Assembly: GCF_008189525.1 (NCBI RefSeq)
Contig: NZ_CP043314.1
Location: 120,001-152,000, forward strand
Source of the DNA: Candidatus Saccharimonadota bacterium
GTDB lineage: Bacteria; Pseudomonadota; Alphaproteobacteria; CAJXXZ01; 1604HC
Direction of reading: 5' to 3'
Length of the DNA stretch: 32,000 nt
Part shown: piece after piece, positions 19,988 through 29,738 of the stretch
Position numbering within the stretch: position 1 is the first letter of the stretch
Layout: the number at the start of each line of letters is the position of its first letter
Notes under the pieces: generated by a model
What the model was told of the DNA's origin: nothing
The model's database searches: none
The model's input: the letters and a program-made list of their open reading frames with translations, nothing else
Made by a program: the position numbers and the translations under genes

Positions 19988-21883
19988 TTATTTATCTTCT
20001 TCTGTTTCGAACTCTGCATCTTTTACTTCTTCAGACTGTTCGCTGTCGTTAGATTTAGGTTCTTGAGCTTCTTTTGCATTCTTTTCTTGCTCAGCTTTGT
20101 AAACAACTTCTCCCAATTTTGCAGCAGCTGCAGAAAGAGCGCTAACAGCATTTTCTATTTGCTGTGAGTCTTCAGAATCTTTTGCTGTCTTCAGTTCTTC
20201 TAAAGATGCTTCTACCTTTGTCTTTTCTTCTGCAGAGATTTTATCTCCATGATCTGTCAATGCTTTTTGAGTAGAATAGATCAAAGATTCAGCTTTGTTC
20301 TTTGATTCAACAAGTTTTGCTTTTTTCTTGTCTTCTTCTGCAAACATTTCTGCTTCTTTAATTTTTTCTTCAATTTCTTCTTTTGATAATCCTCCAGAAT
20401 TTTTGATAGTTATTTTTTGCTCTTGATTTGTAGCTTTATCTTTTGCAGAAACATGAACAAGTCCATCTGAGTCTATGTCGAAAGTAACTTCTATCTGAGG
20501 GATTCCTCTAGGAGCTGCAGATATTCCTGTAAGATTGAACTGTCCTAAAAGTTTATTGTGTTGAGCAATTTCTCTCTCACCTTGATAAACCATTATAGTT
20601 ACAGAAGTTTGGTTGTCTTCAGCTGTTGAGAATGTTTGAGATTTCTTTGTAGGTATTGTTGTGTTTTTTTCTATTAGTTTAGTGAAAATACCACCAACTG
20701 TTTCAATTCCTAGAGAAAGAGGTGTTACATCTAAAAGAAGAACATCATTCACACTTCCCTGAAGAACACCTGCTTGTATAGAAGCACCTATAGCTACTAC
20801 TTCATCTGGGTTTACACCTTGATGAGGTTTCTTTCCAAAGAATTTTTCAACAGATTCTACTATTTTAGGCATTCTTGTCATTCCACCAACCAAAACAACT
20901 TCAGATATTTCAGAGGTTGATAGATTCGCGTCTTTTAATGCTTCTTTGCAAGGATCCATTGATCTTTCTATTAAATCTTGAACTAGTGATTCAAATTTTG
21001 CTCTTGTTATTTTTACATTTAGATGTTTTGGAGCTCCATTGAACATTGTAATGAAAGGAAGGTTTACTTCTCTCTCTAATGTTGTGGAAAGTTCTTTTTT
21101 AACCTGTTCAGCTGAGTCTCTTAGTCTTTGTAAAGCTTGACTGTCTTTTGTAAGATCTATTCCTTCCATTTTCATGAATTCTTCAGCAAGGTAACTTACT
21201 ATTCTTTGGTCAAAATCAGCTCCACCTAAGAATGTATCTCCATTTGTTGAAAGAACTTGGAACACTCCATCGTTCATTTCAAGAATTGATACATCAAAAG
21301 TTCCTCCACCAAGATCATATATAGCTACTTTTCCAGATTTTTTGTCTAATCCATATGCAAGCGCAGCAGCAGTAGGTTCGTTTATTATTCTTTTTACTTC
21401 AAGTCCAGCTAATTGACCTGCTTCTTTTGTTGCAGCTCTTTGAGCATCGTTAAAGTGAGCTGGAACTGTGATTACAGCTTCAGTTACTTTTGCACCTAGA
21501 TAAGCCTCAGCATCAGATTTAAGAGATCTTAAGATTATTGAGCTTATTTCTTGAGGGCTCATTGTTTTTCCATCAACTTCTATGTAAGCTCTGCCTTTTT
21601 CTTCTACAACCTTGTATTGAACATGCTTCATATGCTCTCTTGTCATTTCACTATTGAAATCAAGTCCCATAAGTCTTTTTGCAGAATGTATGGTGTTTTG
21701 AGGATGTGTTACAGACTGTCTATAAGCTGCTTGTCCTACAATTTGCTCTCCACTTTTGAACAAAACTACTGAAGGAGTGGTTCTATTTCCTTCTTTGTTT
21801 GTAATTACTGTTGTTTTTCCACCTTCGAAAACTCCAACACATGAGTTTGTTGTTCCTAGATCTATTCCGATTATTTTGTTCAT
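19988..21883 (-). CDS. dnaK: Chaperone DnaK (Hsp70)
   Basis: [37 protein letters not shown] and an acidic C-terminus. I prefer ATG 21883 ([10 protein letters not shown]), which follows AAGGAG, over the track start 21910. That ATG lies 1 nt after the grpE stop. Confidence 0.98.
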   Translation of the reverse strand: MNKIIGIDLGTTNSCVGVFEGGKTTVITNKEGNRTTPSVVLFKSGEQIVGQAAYRQSVTHPQNTIHSAKRLMGLDFNSEMTREHMKHVQYKVVEEKGRAYIEVDGKTMSPQEISSIILRSLKSDAEAYLGAKVTEAVITVPAHFNDAQRAATKEAGQLAGLEVKRIINEPTAAALAYGLDKKSGKVAIYDLGGGTFDVSILEMNDGVFQVLSTNGDTFLGGADFDQRIVSYLAEEFMKMEGIDLTKDSQALQRLRDSAEQVKKELSTTLEREVNLPFITMFNGAPKHLNVKITRAKFESLVQDLIERSMDPCKEALKDANLSTSEISEVVLVGGMTRMPKIVESVEKFFGKKPHQGVNPDEVVAIGASIQAGVLQGSVNDVLLLDVTPLSLGIETVGGIFTKLIEKNTTIPTKKSQTFSTAEDNQTSVTIMVYQGEREIAQHNKLLGQFNLTGISAAPRGIPQIEVTFDIDSDGLVHVSAKDKATNQEQKITIKNSGGLSKEEIEEKIKEAEMFAEEDKKKAKLVESKNKAESLIYSTQKALTDHGDKISAEEKTKVEASLEELKTAKDSEDSQQIENAVSALSAAAAKLGEVVYKAEQEKNAKEAQEPKSNDSEQSEEVKDAEFETEEDK

Positions 21884-21884
21884 T

Positions 21885-22385
21885 TTATTGGTTCTCCTTT
21901 TTTGACACAATTACTCTTGCGAATCTTAATGTTTTTCCATCCATCTGGTATCCATTTTTAAGTACTTCAATTACTTTTCCAGATTCAACATCATTAGATT
22001 CTTTTTCTTCTGATATTTCATGCTTTTCAGCATCGAAAACATCTCCAGAACTAGTCTGAATTTGTTGTATTTTATGGTTTTTCAAAATTTCTAGAATCTG
22101 AATTTGTATCATGTTTAAGCCCTCGCTTATTGAAGGGTTTTCTTTTGCAGCTTTGCAAGCAAGTTCAAAATTATCTACTATTTCTAGGATAGATGAAGCC
22201 ATTCTTCTTAGTGCAAACTGTGTTACTTCTTCAGATCTTTTTTCAAGTCTCTTTCTGATATTGCTCTGCTCTGCCAAAGCTCTTGCAAGATCTTCTTTTA
22301 GTTCAGAGTTTTGCTTTTCTAAGCTTGGTTCGCCTTGCATGTTTTCAGATTCTTCTATTTCTTTTTCATCTTTTTCTTTTGACAA
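21885..22385 (-). CDS. grpE: Nucleotide exchange factor GrpE
   Basis: 166 aa, with an acidic N-terminus and a coiled-coil [28 protein letters not shown] and the C-terminal beta-domain [27 protein letters not shown] are typical of GrpE. The start is TTG 22385, preceded by AGAGG. Confidence 0.9.
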   Translation of the reverse strand: MSKEKDEKEIEESENMQGEPSLEKQNSELKEDLARALAEQSNIRKRLEKRSEEVTQFALRRMASSILEIVDNFELACKAAKENPSISEGLNMIQIQILEILKNHKIQQIQTSSGDVFDAEKHEISEEKESNDVESGKVIEVLKNGYQMDGKTLRFARVIVSKKENQ

Positions 22386-22950
22386 TCAAACCTCTTTTCT
22401 TAAATAAAATTAATGATTTCAAATAAAAATTATTATATAAAATCACAAAGTCCTAAATTTAAGTTATGTTCTCTTAATATGATTAACAAATCTTGGAGCC
22501 AAATTTTTAATATAAAAATCAAATTAAAGCATGTAAAACATGCGCTGTGGCTATAAGTTTTATTCTTCATATCTAGAAAATTGAACAGAACCAATTCTAA
22601 ATATGGACCAAGTACATTTAATCATAAATTTGCAAATAAATCAAATTTTTCCATAGGTTTCTATGCGAAAAATGTAGTAGTATTTTATCTTGTTTATACT
22701 AAGGATTAGGAACTCTGTATAAGGATTATTTATACATCTCAAAGTTGTTAAATTAATGCAAAAAGAGTTTCAATTTAATGTGTGTAATTTACGCAAATCC
22801 AGAATATAATATTTTATTTGGTAGTAATAAGTTATAAAGGTTTTTTAGAGATTGATTATCTGATAAAAATTATCCAAAGTGAGTTTTAAACATTCATTTA
22901 TGGGGTTTGTTATATGTTTTATCTATTTTATATGATATTTCTTATCTTAT

Positions 22951-23466
22951 ATGTTTGAAGTAAAACCCCTTCCTGATTATACAAAGCTCTGGAAAATAAG
23001 CAGATCTAATGTTCCAACAGACCTTTTTTTAATCTCTGATTTTATAATAAAAAAAGCTTTGACTTTTAAGAAAGAATTGGCTAATAGAGAGGTTCATGTA
23101 GATCTTACATGTGTGAAAAATAGGTATATAAAATATCTAAACAAAAAACATAGAAACAAAAACAAAACAACAAATGTCCTTTCTTTTCCTCTTGAATTTA
23201 CAGAAGAGAAAGAGGAGTTTTTACAAATATTGGAAGAAAATCCTGAAATGCCCTTGAACTTAGGTGATATTTTTGTTTCTACTGACTACATAAAAACTGA
23301 ATCTGCTAAGTTAGACAGAGAGTTTAGTTATCATTTTTTACATATGATTTGCCATGGAGCGCTTCATCTTGTTGGATACAATCATGAAAATGATAAAGAA
23401 GAATCTATTATGAATGATATAGAGGAAAAAATAATGACTTTCTTTAATATGCCAAAACCACGATGA
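22951..23466 (+). CDS. ybeY: Endoribonuclease YbeY (rRNA maturation metalloprotease fold)
   Basis: Diagnostic zinc motif HMICHGALHLVGYNHEND (H-x3-H-x5-H) and upstream TNVLSFPL. Confidence 0.9.
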   Translation: MFEVKPLPDYTKLWKISRSNVPTDLFLISDFIIKKALTFKKELANREVHVDLTCVKNRYIKYLNKKHRNKNKTTNVLSFPLEFTEEKEEFLQILEENPEMPLNLGDIFVSTDYIKTESAKLDREFSYHFLHMICHGALHLVGYNHENDKEESIMNDIEEKIMTFFNMPKPR

Positions 23467-23573
23467 AAATATAAAAAGATCAAATAAATAAGATCAATAA
23501 GAAGCATGAAAGAGTACATAAATAGACCTACAAATCATTGAATGGAACACTTTATATTTTAAAAGATTTTTCC

Positions 23574-25319
23574 TTATTTCTTACTTTCTTCTATCTCCTC
23601 TAAAATTTCTGTAATTATTGAAGGATCATGAAAATGAACTTTTACACCATTAGTTTCTTGAGTTCTTTCATCTCCTTTTCCTGCAATAAGAAGTGGTGTT
23701 TTTTCAGAAATAGATCTTAGAATCCCTTCTTTTATTGCTTTTCTCCTATCTAAAACTATTTTTATTTTATATTGTGAAAAATTTTGTGTTTGGTTACATT
23801 CTTGATTTGATTTGATTTCTTTACTGTTCCCAGATTCATTGTTATGTATTCCACTGAGATTAGTGTTGTTGGTTGGAATGAGTATGGCTTTTTCACTTAA
23901 TGTAGAAATTACATCTTTAGCTATAGAAATTGGATCCTCACTCCTTGGGTTGTCATTTGTCAAAATAAACCAATCAGAAAATTGCTCTGCTATTTCTCCC
24001 ATTTTTGATCTTTTTGATATGTCTCTGTCTCCTCCACACCCAAATACCAAGCCTACTTTTCTATATTCTTTTTTAGCTTCTTTTAAAATGATTTCTAATG
24101 CATCTGGAGTATGAGCAAAGTCGACATATACATCTAGAAGGTTTGAGTTTATTTTTTGAAACCTACCTGGAACATGTGCCGATTTTAGAATTTCCTCAAT
24201 TATTTTGTAATCCGTGTAGTTTTGAATGCTGGCATTTCGATCAATGAAGTTTTTGATTATTACAAATGCAGCATTTATATTTTCTCTTTTAAAGCCATGA
24301 ACTTCACTTGAATAAATTTCACTAATATTCTTTTTATTTTCTTGTGTTTTTTTGTGTAATGCTCTTTTGAATCTATTTTGATAATGAAATAAATATTCTT
24401 GATCTAGTGTAGGGCTATCTACTTTATAAGAAATACATGCTTCTGGACATTCTCCATAAACTATATCTCCTTTTATTTCTATTTTATTGCAATTTTTTAC
24501 CTTCTTTATGTCTGTAGTTTTTGTGTCAAGCAAAGATGCATGTGTGATGAACTTACAATCAGATTTAAATAATTCTTTTATCTTGAGTTTAGATTTGAGG
24601 TATTTATCCATGGTTATATGGTAATCCAAGTGATCTTGAGAGAAGTTTGTAAAAACACATATATCTGCCTTAACAAAAGCCAATCTTTCTTGATCTAATC
24701 CTATACTTGATGCCTCTATTATTACAAAATTTACACCTTCTTTTTTCATTTTATTTAAGTGGAAATGTAAATCTAATGCATCTGGTGTGGTTAATAGGTT
24801 TGTTGTTTTTGTGTTTGGATATATTATCCCAAGAGTTCCTATATATCCAGATTTAAGTAAGTGATTAGAATCATGCTTACTATGGTTAGAATTAATGCTA
24901 ATATTCAGGTTATTTATTGCTTTGCTTGTAATCCAGCTTACGGATGTTTTCCCATTTGTTCCAGTGACAAGGCATATAAAATCTGGCTTTAAAGGGAATT
25001 TTATACTACAAAATTCAGGCCAAACTTTCTTTATGTTTTTAGAGAAAAGTGTTTTTAGTGATTGTTGAAGTTGTATTCTTTTATACTTCTTATGCTTCTC
25101 ATGTTCTTCATATTTTTCATATTCTTCATGTTCCTCAGGAATTATTAACCCTGCTGGGTTTTTATCTATGGCTTTCTGTAAATAATTAATATCTTCGCAT
25201 ATAAACCATGTTTCATTATTTACAAAGTCTGTATGTTTTGTGATATTTTTTATATGAAAATCTTTTGAACCATAAAAAGTTCTCATATCTTTGGAATTTA
25301 AATTTACTTCTAGCTTCAT
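23574..25319 (-). CDS. murE: UDP-N-acetylmuramoyl-L-alanyl-D-glutamate--2,6-diaminopimelate ligase
   Basis: ATP-binding loop VTGTNGKTSV, and LTNDNPRSEDP, whose DNPR motif is associated with meso-DAP specificity. DYAHTP-like FAHTPDALE is also present. It lies downstream of ftsI in dcw order. Several low-complexity inserts are present. Confidence 0.92.
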   Translation of the reverse strand: MKLEVNLNSKDMRTFYGSKDFHIKNITKHTDFVNNETWFICEDINYLQKAIDKNPAGLIIPEEHEEYEKYEEHEKHKKYKRIQLQQSLKTLFSKNIKKVWPEFCSIKFPLKPDFICLVTGTNGKTSVSWITSKAINNLNISINSNHSKHDSNHLLKSGYIGTLGIIYPNTKTTNLLTTPDALDLHFHLNKMKKEGVNFVIIEASSIGLDQERLAFVKADICVFTNFSQDHLDYHITMDKYLKSKLKIKELFKSDCKFITHASLLDTKTTDIKKVKNCNKIEIKGDIVYGECPEACISYKVDSPTLDQEYLFHYQNRFKRALHKKTQENKKNISEIYSSEVHGFKRENINAAFVIIKNFIDRNASIQNYTDYKIIEEILKSAHVPGRFQKINSNLLDVYVDFAHTPDALEIILKEAKKEYRKVGLVFGCGGDRDISKRSKMGEIAEQFSDWFILTNDNPRSEDPISIAKDVISTLSEKAILIPTNNTNLSGIHNNESGNSKEIKSNQECNQTQNFSQYKIKIVLDRRKAIKEGILRSISEKTPLLIAGKGDERTQETNGVKVHFHDPSIITEILEEIEESKK

Positions 25320-25455
25320 GAACTTATTTTAACCTTACGCTTTAATCCAACATTGAAATTTCAAATGCTCTTTATGCTATTTGACTTTAATTTTGTGTTC
25401 TGATCAAGGTTGCAGTCTAAAATTGTAATTTAACATCTGATATAAATAGAAATAA

Positions 25456-27096
25456 TCACTCAGTAATTTGTTGTGATCTTTGTTGGATAAATTTATGTTG
25501 ATTTGGTTGTATGTCTGAGATTTGTGCTATGTAGGAAATTAGCTTTTTAACACTGTTTGTTAAAACATTAGAGGCAGTTAAATATCTACCTGTTTTTAAT
25601 TTAGATTTCTTTGGGTTTGTAGATTGGATTATAACTACATATTTGGGTGAGTGCATTGGAAATGCAACTAAATAAGAAACCCTGTTTTCTCCTTCTATGT
25701 ATTTTCCATTTTCACAAATGTTAGCAGTTCCAGTTTTCCCTCCTATATCATATTCCGCTGTGTTTATGCTTCTATATGAAGATCTTACAGATTCTCTCAT
25801 TATTTCTTGGATTGGCTCTGTTGTTTTTTTGTTAATAATTTGATTTTCTTGTATTGGATTTTTGCTTTTATACATTGACACTTTTCTATCTTTGCCTGAT
25901 AAGATTCTTATTAGACCTTGCACAATGTGAAGTGAGGTTAATCCTATTCCATAACCATAAGAAGCTGTAACTACTGTAGATTTGCCCCAACTAGAAGGAA
26001 CCAATGGATACGCATTTTGATTAGGTAACCATTCTATCTTATCCAAAAACCCTATAGATTTGAAAAATCTTTTTTGTGTTTCTGCTCCTGCTTGTAGAGC
26101 TAGCCTGCCTGTTGCTATGTTTGAAGAAAACCTAACTGACTCTAAAAATGTCATCTTTCTATTTTTTCCGAAGAAATCATTTATTTCGAATTTACCTATT
26201 TTCAAGCTTCCTTGTGCATCAACCATAGAGTCTAGATCTACGATCTCATTTTCTAGTAACATTGCAGCATTGTGTATTTTTAATATAGATCCTGCCTCTA
26301 CTGGATCTAGATTGTGATTTCTATTTTGTTTGCTTAAGAATGTGATTGGAACTCTACTGTCAGGAGATGGAACTGAAGAAAGTGCTTTTATTTCTCCTGA
26401 TTCTATTTCTGTGATCAATCCAAACGCATCTTCTGAGTCGAAAGTTTCTTTTATTTCATTTAATGTTTGGTGAAGTATATATTGCAATCTTGTGTCTATA
26501 GTAAGTTCTACATTATTTGTTTGTAGTTCTGAATCGAACGCGAGTTCTGCGCCTGCTTTTCCTTTTAAATTTTTGTCACAAAATCCTACTACATGACTAG
26601 TGATTTCACTTTGAGGGTAATCTCTTTTATGATCATTTCTAACAAAAAGACCTTTTATGTTCTTGTATTTAGATTTCCATTCTTTCATGAGTTTATTTGC
26701 TTCTTGCTTGGTTACATGCCTTTTTATCCAAAAAAAACTTTTTTCTTTTTCAATTTTCGTATTTAAATTTTCTTCTATTTTTCTCAACATGTCTGCGTGT
26801 ATTTTTCTAGGGCTTATATAAACTGAATACGTATTTCTGGTTATGGCAATAGGATTCCCATTACAATCTAATATAGAACTCCTAACTATTGAGCTTCTGC
26901 TGATTCTATTTTTGGTTGTAAATTTATTTATGTAAAGTATCCTTAAAGACAAAATAGATATTAGAAAAATCACCAATATTTTTTCTAGATTAGGTTTTAG
27001 CTTTCGTACAATTTTTAGAATGAAAGTTTTGTACTGATGATATTTATCCTTTTTCTTATAATACATTTTATTGTGATTTTGTTTTCCTGAGTTCAT
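25456..27096 (-). CDS. ftsI: Peptidoglycan D,D-transpeptidase FtsI (PBP3)
   Basis: N-terminal TM helix (ILVIFLISILSL). Catalytic triad of motifs: SxxK (GSILK), SxN (FSSNIA) and KTG (GGKTGTA). Follows ftsL in dcw order. Confidence 0.9.
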   Translation of the reverse strand: MNSGKQNHNKMYYKKKDKYHQYKTFILKIVRKLKPNLEKILVIFLISILSLRILYINKFTTKNRISRSSIVRSSILDCNGNPIAITRNTYSVYISPRKIHADMLRKIEENLNTKIEKEKSFFWIKRHVTKQEANKLMKEWKSKYKNIKGLFVRNDHKRDYPQSEITSHVVGFCDKNLKGKAGAELAFDSELQTNNVELTIDTRLQYILHQTLNEIKETFDSEDAFGLITEIESGEIKALSSVPSPDSRVPITFLSKQNRNHNLDPVEAGSILKIHNAAMLLENEIVDLDSMVDAQGSLKIGKFEINDFFGKNRKMTFLESVRFSSNIATGRLALQAGAETQKRFFKSIGFLDKIEWLPNQNAYPLVPSSWGKSTVVTASYGYGIGLTSLHIVQGLIRILSGKDRKVSMYKSKNPIQENQIINKKTTEPIQEIMRESVRSSYRSINTAEYDIGGKTGTANICENGKYIEGENRVSYLVAFPMHSPKYVVIIQSTNPKKSKLKTGRYLTASNVLTNSVKKLISYIAQISDIQPNQHKFIQQRSQQITE

Positions 27097-27295
27097 AATT
27101 TAAATCTTTCTGGTTTTACATCCAACTTTAGCTTTGTAATTTTATCATTTGTTTTTTTTGAATATTCATTTTAGATTTGTAAGCTTGAAGATCAAACTAA
27201 CTCGATAAGCTTAGAAAGTAATGTTTGTTCTTTGTAGCAGATATTGACTATATTTCTACTTAATCATGCTGTTTATTCCATAAAACCGTACGTAA

Positions 27296-27580
27296 TCATG
27301 CGAATTCCTGTTCTTTATTGTGCAAGAAATCTTTTACCTTAGTGGGGACTAAGTTTGTATGGCTTGATATAATTAAATTCAATCTCCCAGGGTTTGTAAG
27401 TTCTGCAAATTTTGCTTTCTGGTTTTTAAGATGTCTTTTCATTATAAATAGCTCTTGCTTTGTTTTCTCTAGTTTGATTATGGTTTTTGATTTTTTGTAG
27501 TGAGCTATTGCTAATGCTATCATTGCTGTGAATGCTGATACTCTTAAAATTGAATTTGTATAATTTTTTTTCATTTCCAT
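27296..27580 (-). CDS. ftsL: Cell division protein FtsL
   Basis: 94-aa ORF between rsmH and ftsI. It has a single TM segment (VSAFTAMIALAIA), a short coiled coil, and ELTNPGRLNLI resembling the conserved FtsL L..p.Ri motif. The assignment rests largely on position. Confidence 0.65.
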   Translation of the reverse strand: MEMKKNYTNSILRVSAFTAMIALAIAHYKKSKTIIKLEKTKQELFIMKRHLKNQKAKFAELTNPGRLNLIISSHTNLVPTKVKDFLHNKEQEFA

Positions 27581-27644
27581 TTCCCCATTCTTGTTTTTAA
27601 ACTTTGATTGCTTTGTCTATTTTTTCTTATTTTTCACTTACATA

Positions 27645-28670
27645 TTAGATTATCTTTTTTGCTCCCAATCTAAGTTTTGCAGATCTAGATCTGGAATTGA
27701 AAAGTGTTTCTTCTAAAGATGGTTGTAGGAATTTGGGTTTGGTTGTCAAGAAACATCCTTTGAATTCTTTTTTTATAATTTTATCTTCGCCAGAGTGGAA
27801 AGTTATTGTGGCTAACTTTGCTCCTGCTTTCATTTTAGATTTAAGAACATGTAATATTTTCACTATCTCATTAACTTCATCGTTTACGAACATTCTGATT
27901 GCTTGAAATGTTTTTGCAGAATGTGGTTTTTTAGAAAAACCTCTAAAACAAGAATTGACTATATCAGATAGCTCTTTTGTTGTTTCTATTTTCTTTTCTT
28001 TTCTTTTTTCCATTATTTTGCTAGCTATTTGTCTGGATTTAACTTCATCTCCATAGTGGTAAATTATGTCAGCCAGAACATGTTGATCGTAAAGATTTAC
28101 AACATCATAAGCAGATACATTGTTAAGTCCCATTTGCATTTTTAATGGCCCTTCATTTGTGAAAGAAAATCCTTTTTCTTGATTATCTATTTGCTCTGAT
28201 GAAACTCCAAAATCTAATAATATTCCATCCGCTTCTGAGATTATTTTAGAAAAGTCTTCTTTGAAGTAGGTTTTTTTATCCATGTCTTTGTTTGCATCTG
28301 CTTCATAGTTCTTGTTTGACCATTTTGTGTTGCGAATTTCATTTGCATTTGTGTATGTGCATAGATTTTTCTCAGGATTTAGTGTCATAAAGTGCTCTGA
28401 ATCAAGCTCTTTTCCATTGTTCTGGTTTTTTAAACGAGATTTCTCATGTTGTTCATATATATCACTAAATTTGGCTCTAATTATTTTGAACCTGCTGTTT
28501 TGTTTTTCTAATTTTTTTCCGTACAAAAAGGATTCTTTATCCCTGTCTATTCCTGTTACTTTTGCTCCGAATGATAGTAGCAACTTAGCATGTCCTCCAA
28601 AGCCAAAAGTAAAGTCTATAAATTTCTTAGAAGGTGTAGGTTTAAGAAAATCCATTATTTCTCTAGCCAT
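27645..28670 (-). CDS. rsmH: 16S rRNA (cytosine1402-N4)-methyltransferase RsmH; true start probably upstream of the ATG at 28670
   Basis: SAM motif FIDFTFGFGGHAKLLL, plus DFGVSSEQID, ITFHSGEDKIIK and C-terminal NSRSRSAKLR. The in-frame codons just upstream of ATG 28670 encode ..LHIPI, the conserved RsmH N-terminal His motif. See the finding on this gene. Confidence 0.9.
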   Translation of the reverse strand: MAREIMDFLKPTPSKKFIDFTFGFGGHAKLLLSFGAKVTGIDRDKESFLYGKKLEKQNSRFKIIRAKFSDIYEQHEKSRLKNQNNGKELDSEHFMTLNPEKNLCTYTNANEIRNTKWSNKNYEADANKDMDKKTYFKEDFSKIISEADGILLDFGVSSEQIDNQEKGFSFTNEGPLKMQMGLNNVSAYDVVNLYDQHVLADIIYHYGDEVKSRQIASKIMEKRKEKKIETTKELSDIVNSCFRGFSKKPHSAKTFQAIRMFVNDEVNEIVKILHVLKSKMKAGAKLATITFHSGEDKIIKKEFKGCFLTTKPKFLQPSLEETLFNSRSRSAKLRLGAKKII

Positions 28671-28913
28671 AATAGGTATATGTAGTTGATCTTGTCTGAT
28701 TTGTTTTTCTTTTGTTTTTAGTTCATCTACAATATGCCTACTTATTTTAGGATTTTTGTAACTGTAACTATTTCTCTTTTTTGACTTACGACTTTTAATC
28801 TTAACTTCCTTTTTTGTACTTCTTGTTCACTTTGTGTATTTATAAATCTGTATATAAATTCCATGCTTAATTGCTTAGTTGCATATTAACTAATGTGCTT
28901 ACATTCTTATCTG

Positions 28914-29408
28914 TCATGATTGCTGTATGTCTGTATTTCCATTTTCAGCATTTTCTTTGCTTTCTTGTCTAGCAATGATTTTTCTTCTGCTGTTGTTTTG
29001 GTTGTCTGCAAATAGCTCTGGTGACCAAATTTGGAATGATGATCCTCTTCCAGCAAAAATAAGCTCTTTTTCTATTTTGCAGTGATTTAGCAGTTCTTCA
29101 GATATTTTTATTCTTCCAGCTTTGTCAAATGTAATCATTTCAGCATCTGCAAACATGTCATTTTCATTGTAATTCCAGTTCTTTGAGAATGGATCTTCAT
29201 TTTCGTATTTAAAGCTTAGCTTTTCTATTTTGCTCATTGAAAAACAATCAAGAGTTGGTAAAAAATTTGACTTAAATGCCACAAAACCTTGGAATGATTC
29301 TTTGGAAAGAGATCCTCTAAAAGAAGATGGAGTAAGTATTCTTCCTCTTTCATCTATTACTTTTGAATGTTTCGAAAGAAATACGCTCACAAAGAGAACA
29401 TAACACAA
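28914..29408 (-). CDS. mraZ: Transcriptional regulator MraZ
   Basis: FLSKHSKVIDERGRILTPSSFR and a second repeat FDKAGRIKISEELL, giving the duplicated SpoVT/AbrB-like (D/E)xxGR motifs. It is the first gene of the dcw cluster. The track start is TTG 29408; GTG 29390 (giving MSVFLSKH..) fits the canonical N-terminus better. Confidence 0.85.
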   Translation of the reverse strand: MCYVLFVSVFLSKHSKVIDERGRILTPSSFRGSLSKESFQGFVAFKSNFLPTLDCFSMSKIEKLSFKYENEDPFSKNWNYNENDMFADAEMITFDKAGRIKISEELLNHCKIEKELIFAGRGSSFQIWSPELFADNQNNSRRKIIARQESKENAENGNTDIQQS

Positions 29409-29431
29409 TGATTTTTTGTATTCAATATTTG

Positions 29432-29456
29432 TGGGCTTTTTTGGGAAATGATGGGT
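29432..29456. promoter_or_regulatory. Candidate MraZ operator: three TGGG repeats in exact 10-nt register
   Basis: TGGGC at 29432, TGGGA at 29442 and TGGGT at 29452 (gTGGGCtttttTGGGAaatgaTGGGT). They lie 24-48 nt upstream of the mraZ TTG start and form a G-rich pattern in otherwise very AT-rich spacer. They are written on the + strand, so they read as CCCA in the mraZ direction. Confidence 0.5.
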
Positions 29457-29738
29457 TTTTATTCACAGCTTTATTAACAGCCTGTGGAAAAGTGGATTTT
29501 ATAACATTCTTATAAAGTAGTTTTATGTGCATTATTCTGAATATATTCCTTTATAAAGTTATTTTTATAAGATCATATGTATGAGCATTCTGTTTTCTTA
29601 ATTAATTTATTTGAGGTGTTTTATATTTTGAGAAGTTGATTGTTTTATGGAAGTGTATTTTTATTTTGCATGACTCTTATTAGACTTTGAAGTATATTTA
29701 GATTTTCTGTAATAGCTTGTATTTTCCATTATTATAAA

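Noticed and set aside
22386-22500. A sigma-70-like TATAAT upstream of grpE (minus strand) with TTGTGA nearby, as a grpE promoter call.
   Set aside because: The spacing between the two hexamers is far too short (about 5 nt) and the hexamer at the proper -35 distance does not match. TATAAT-like strings are abundant in this composition.
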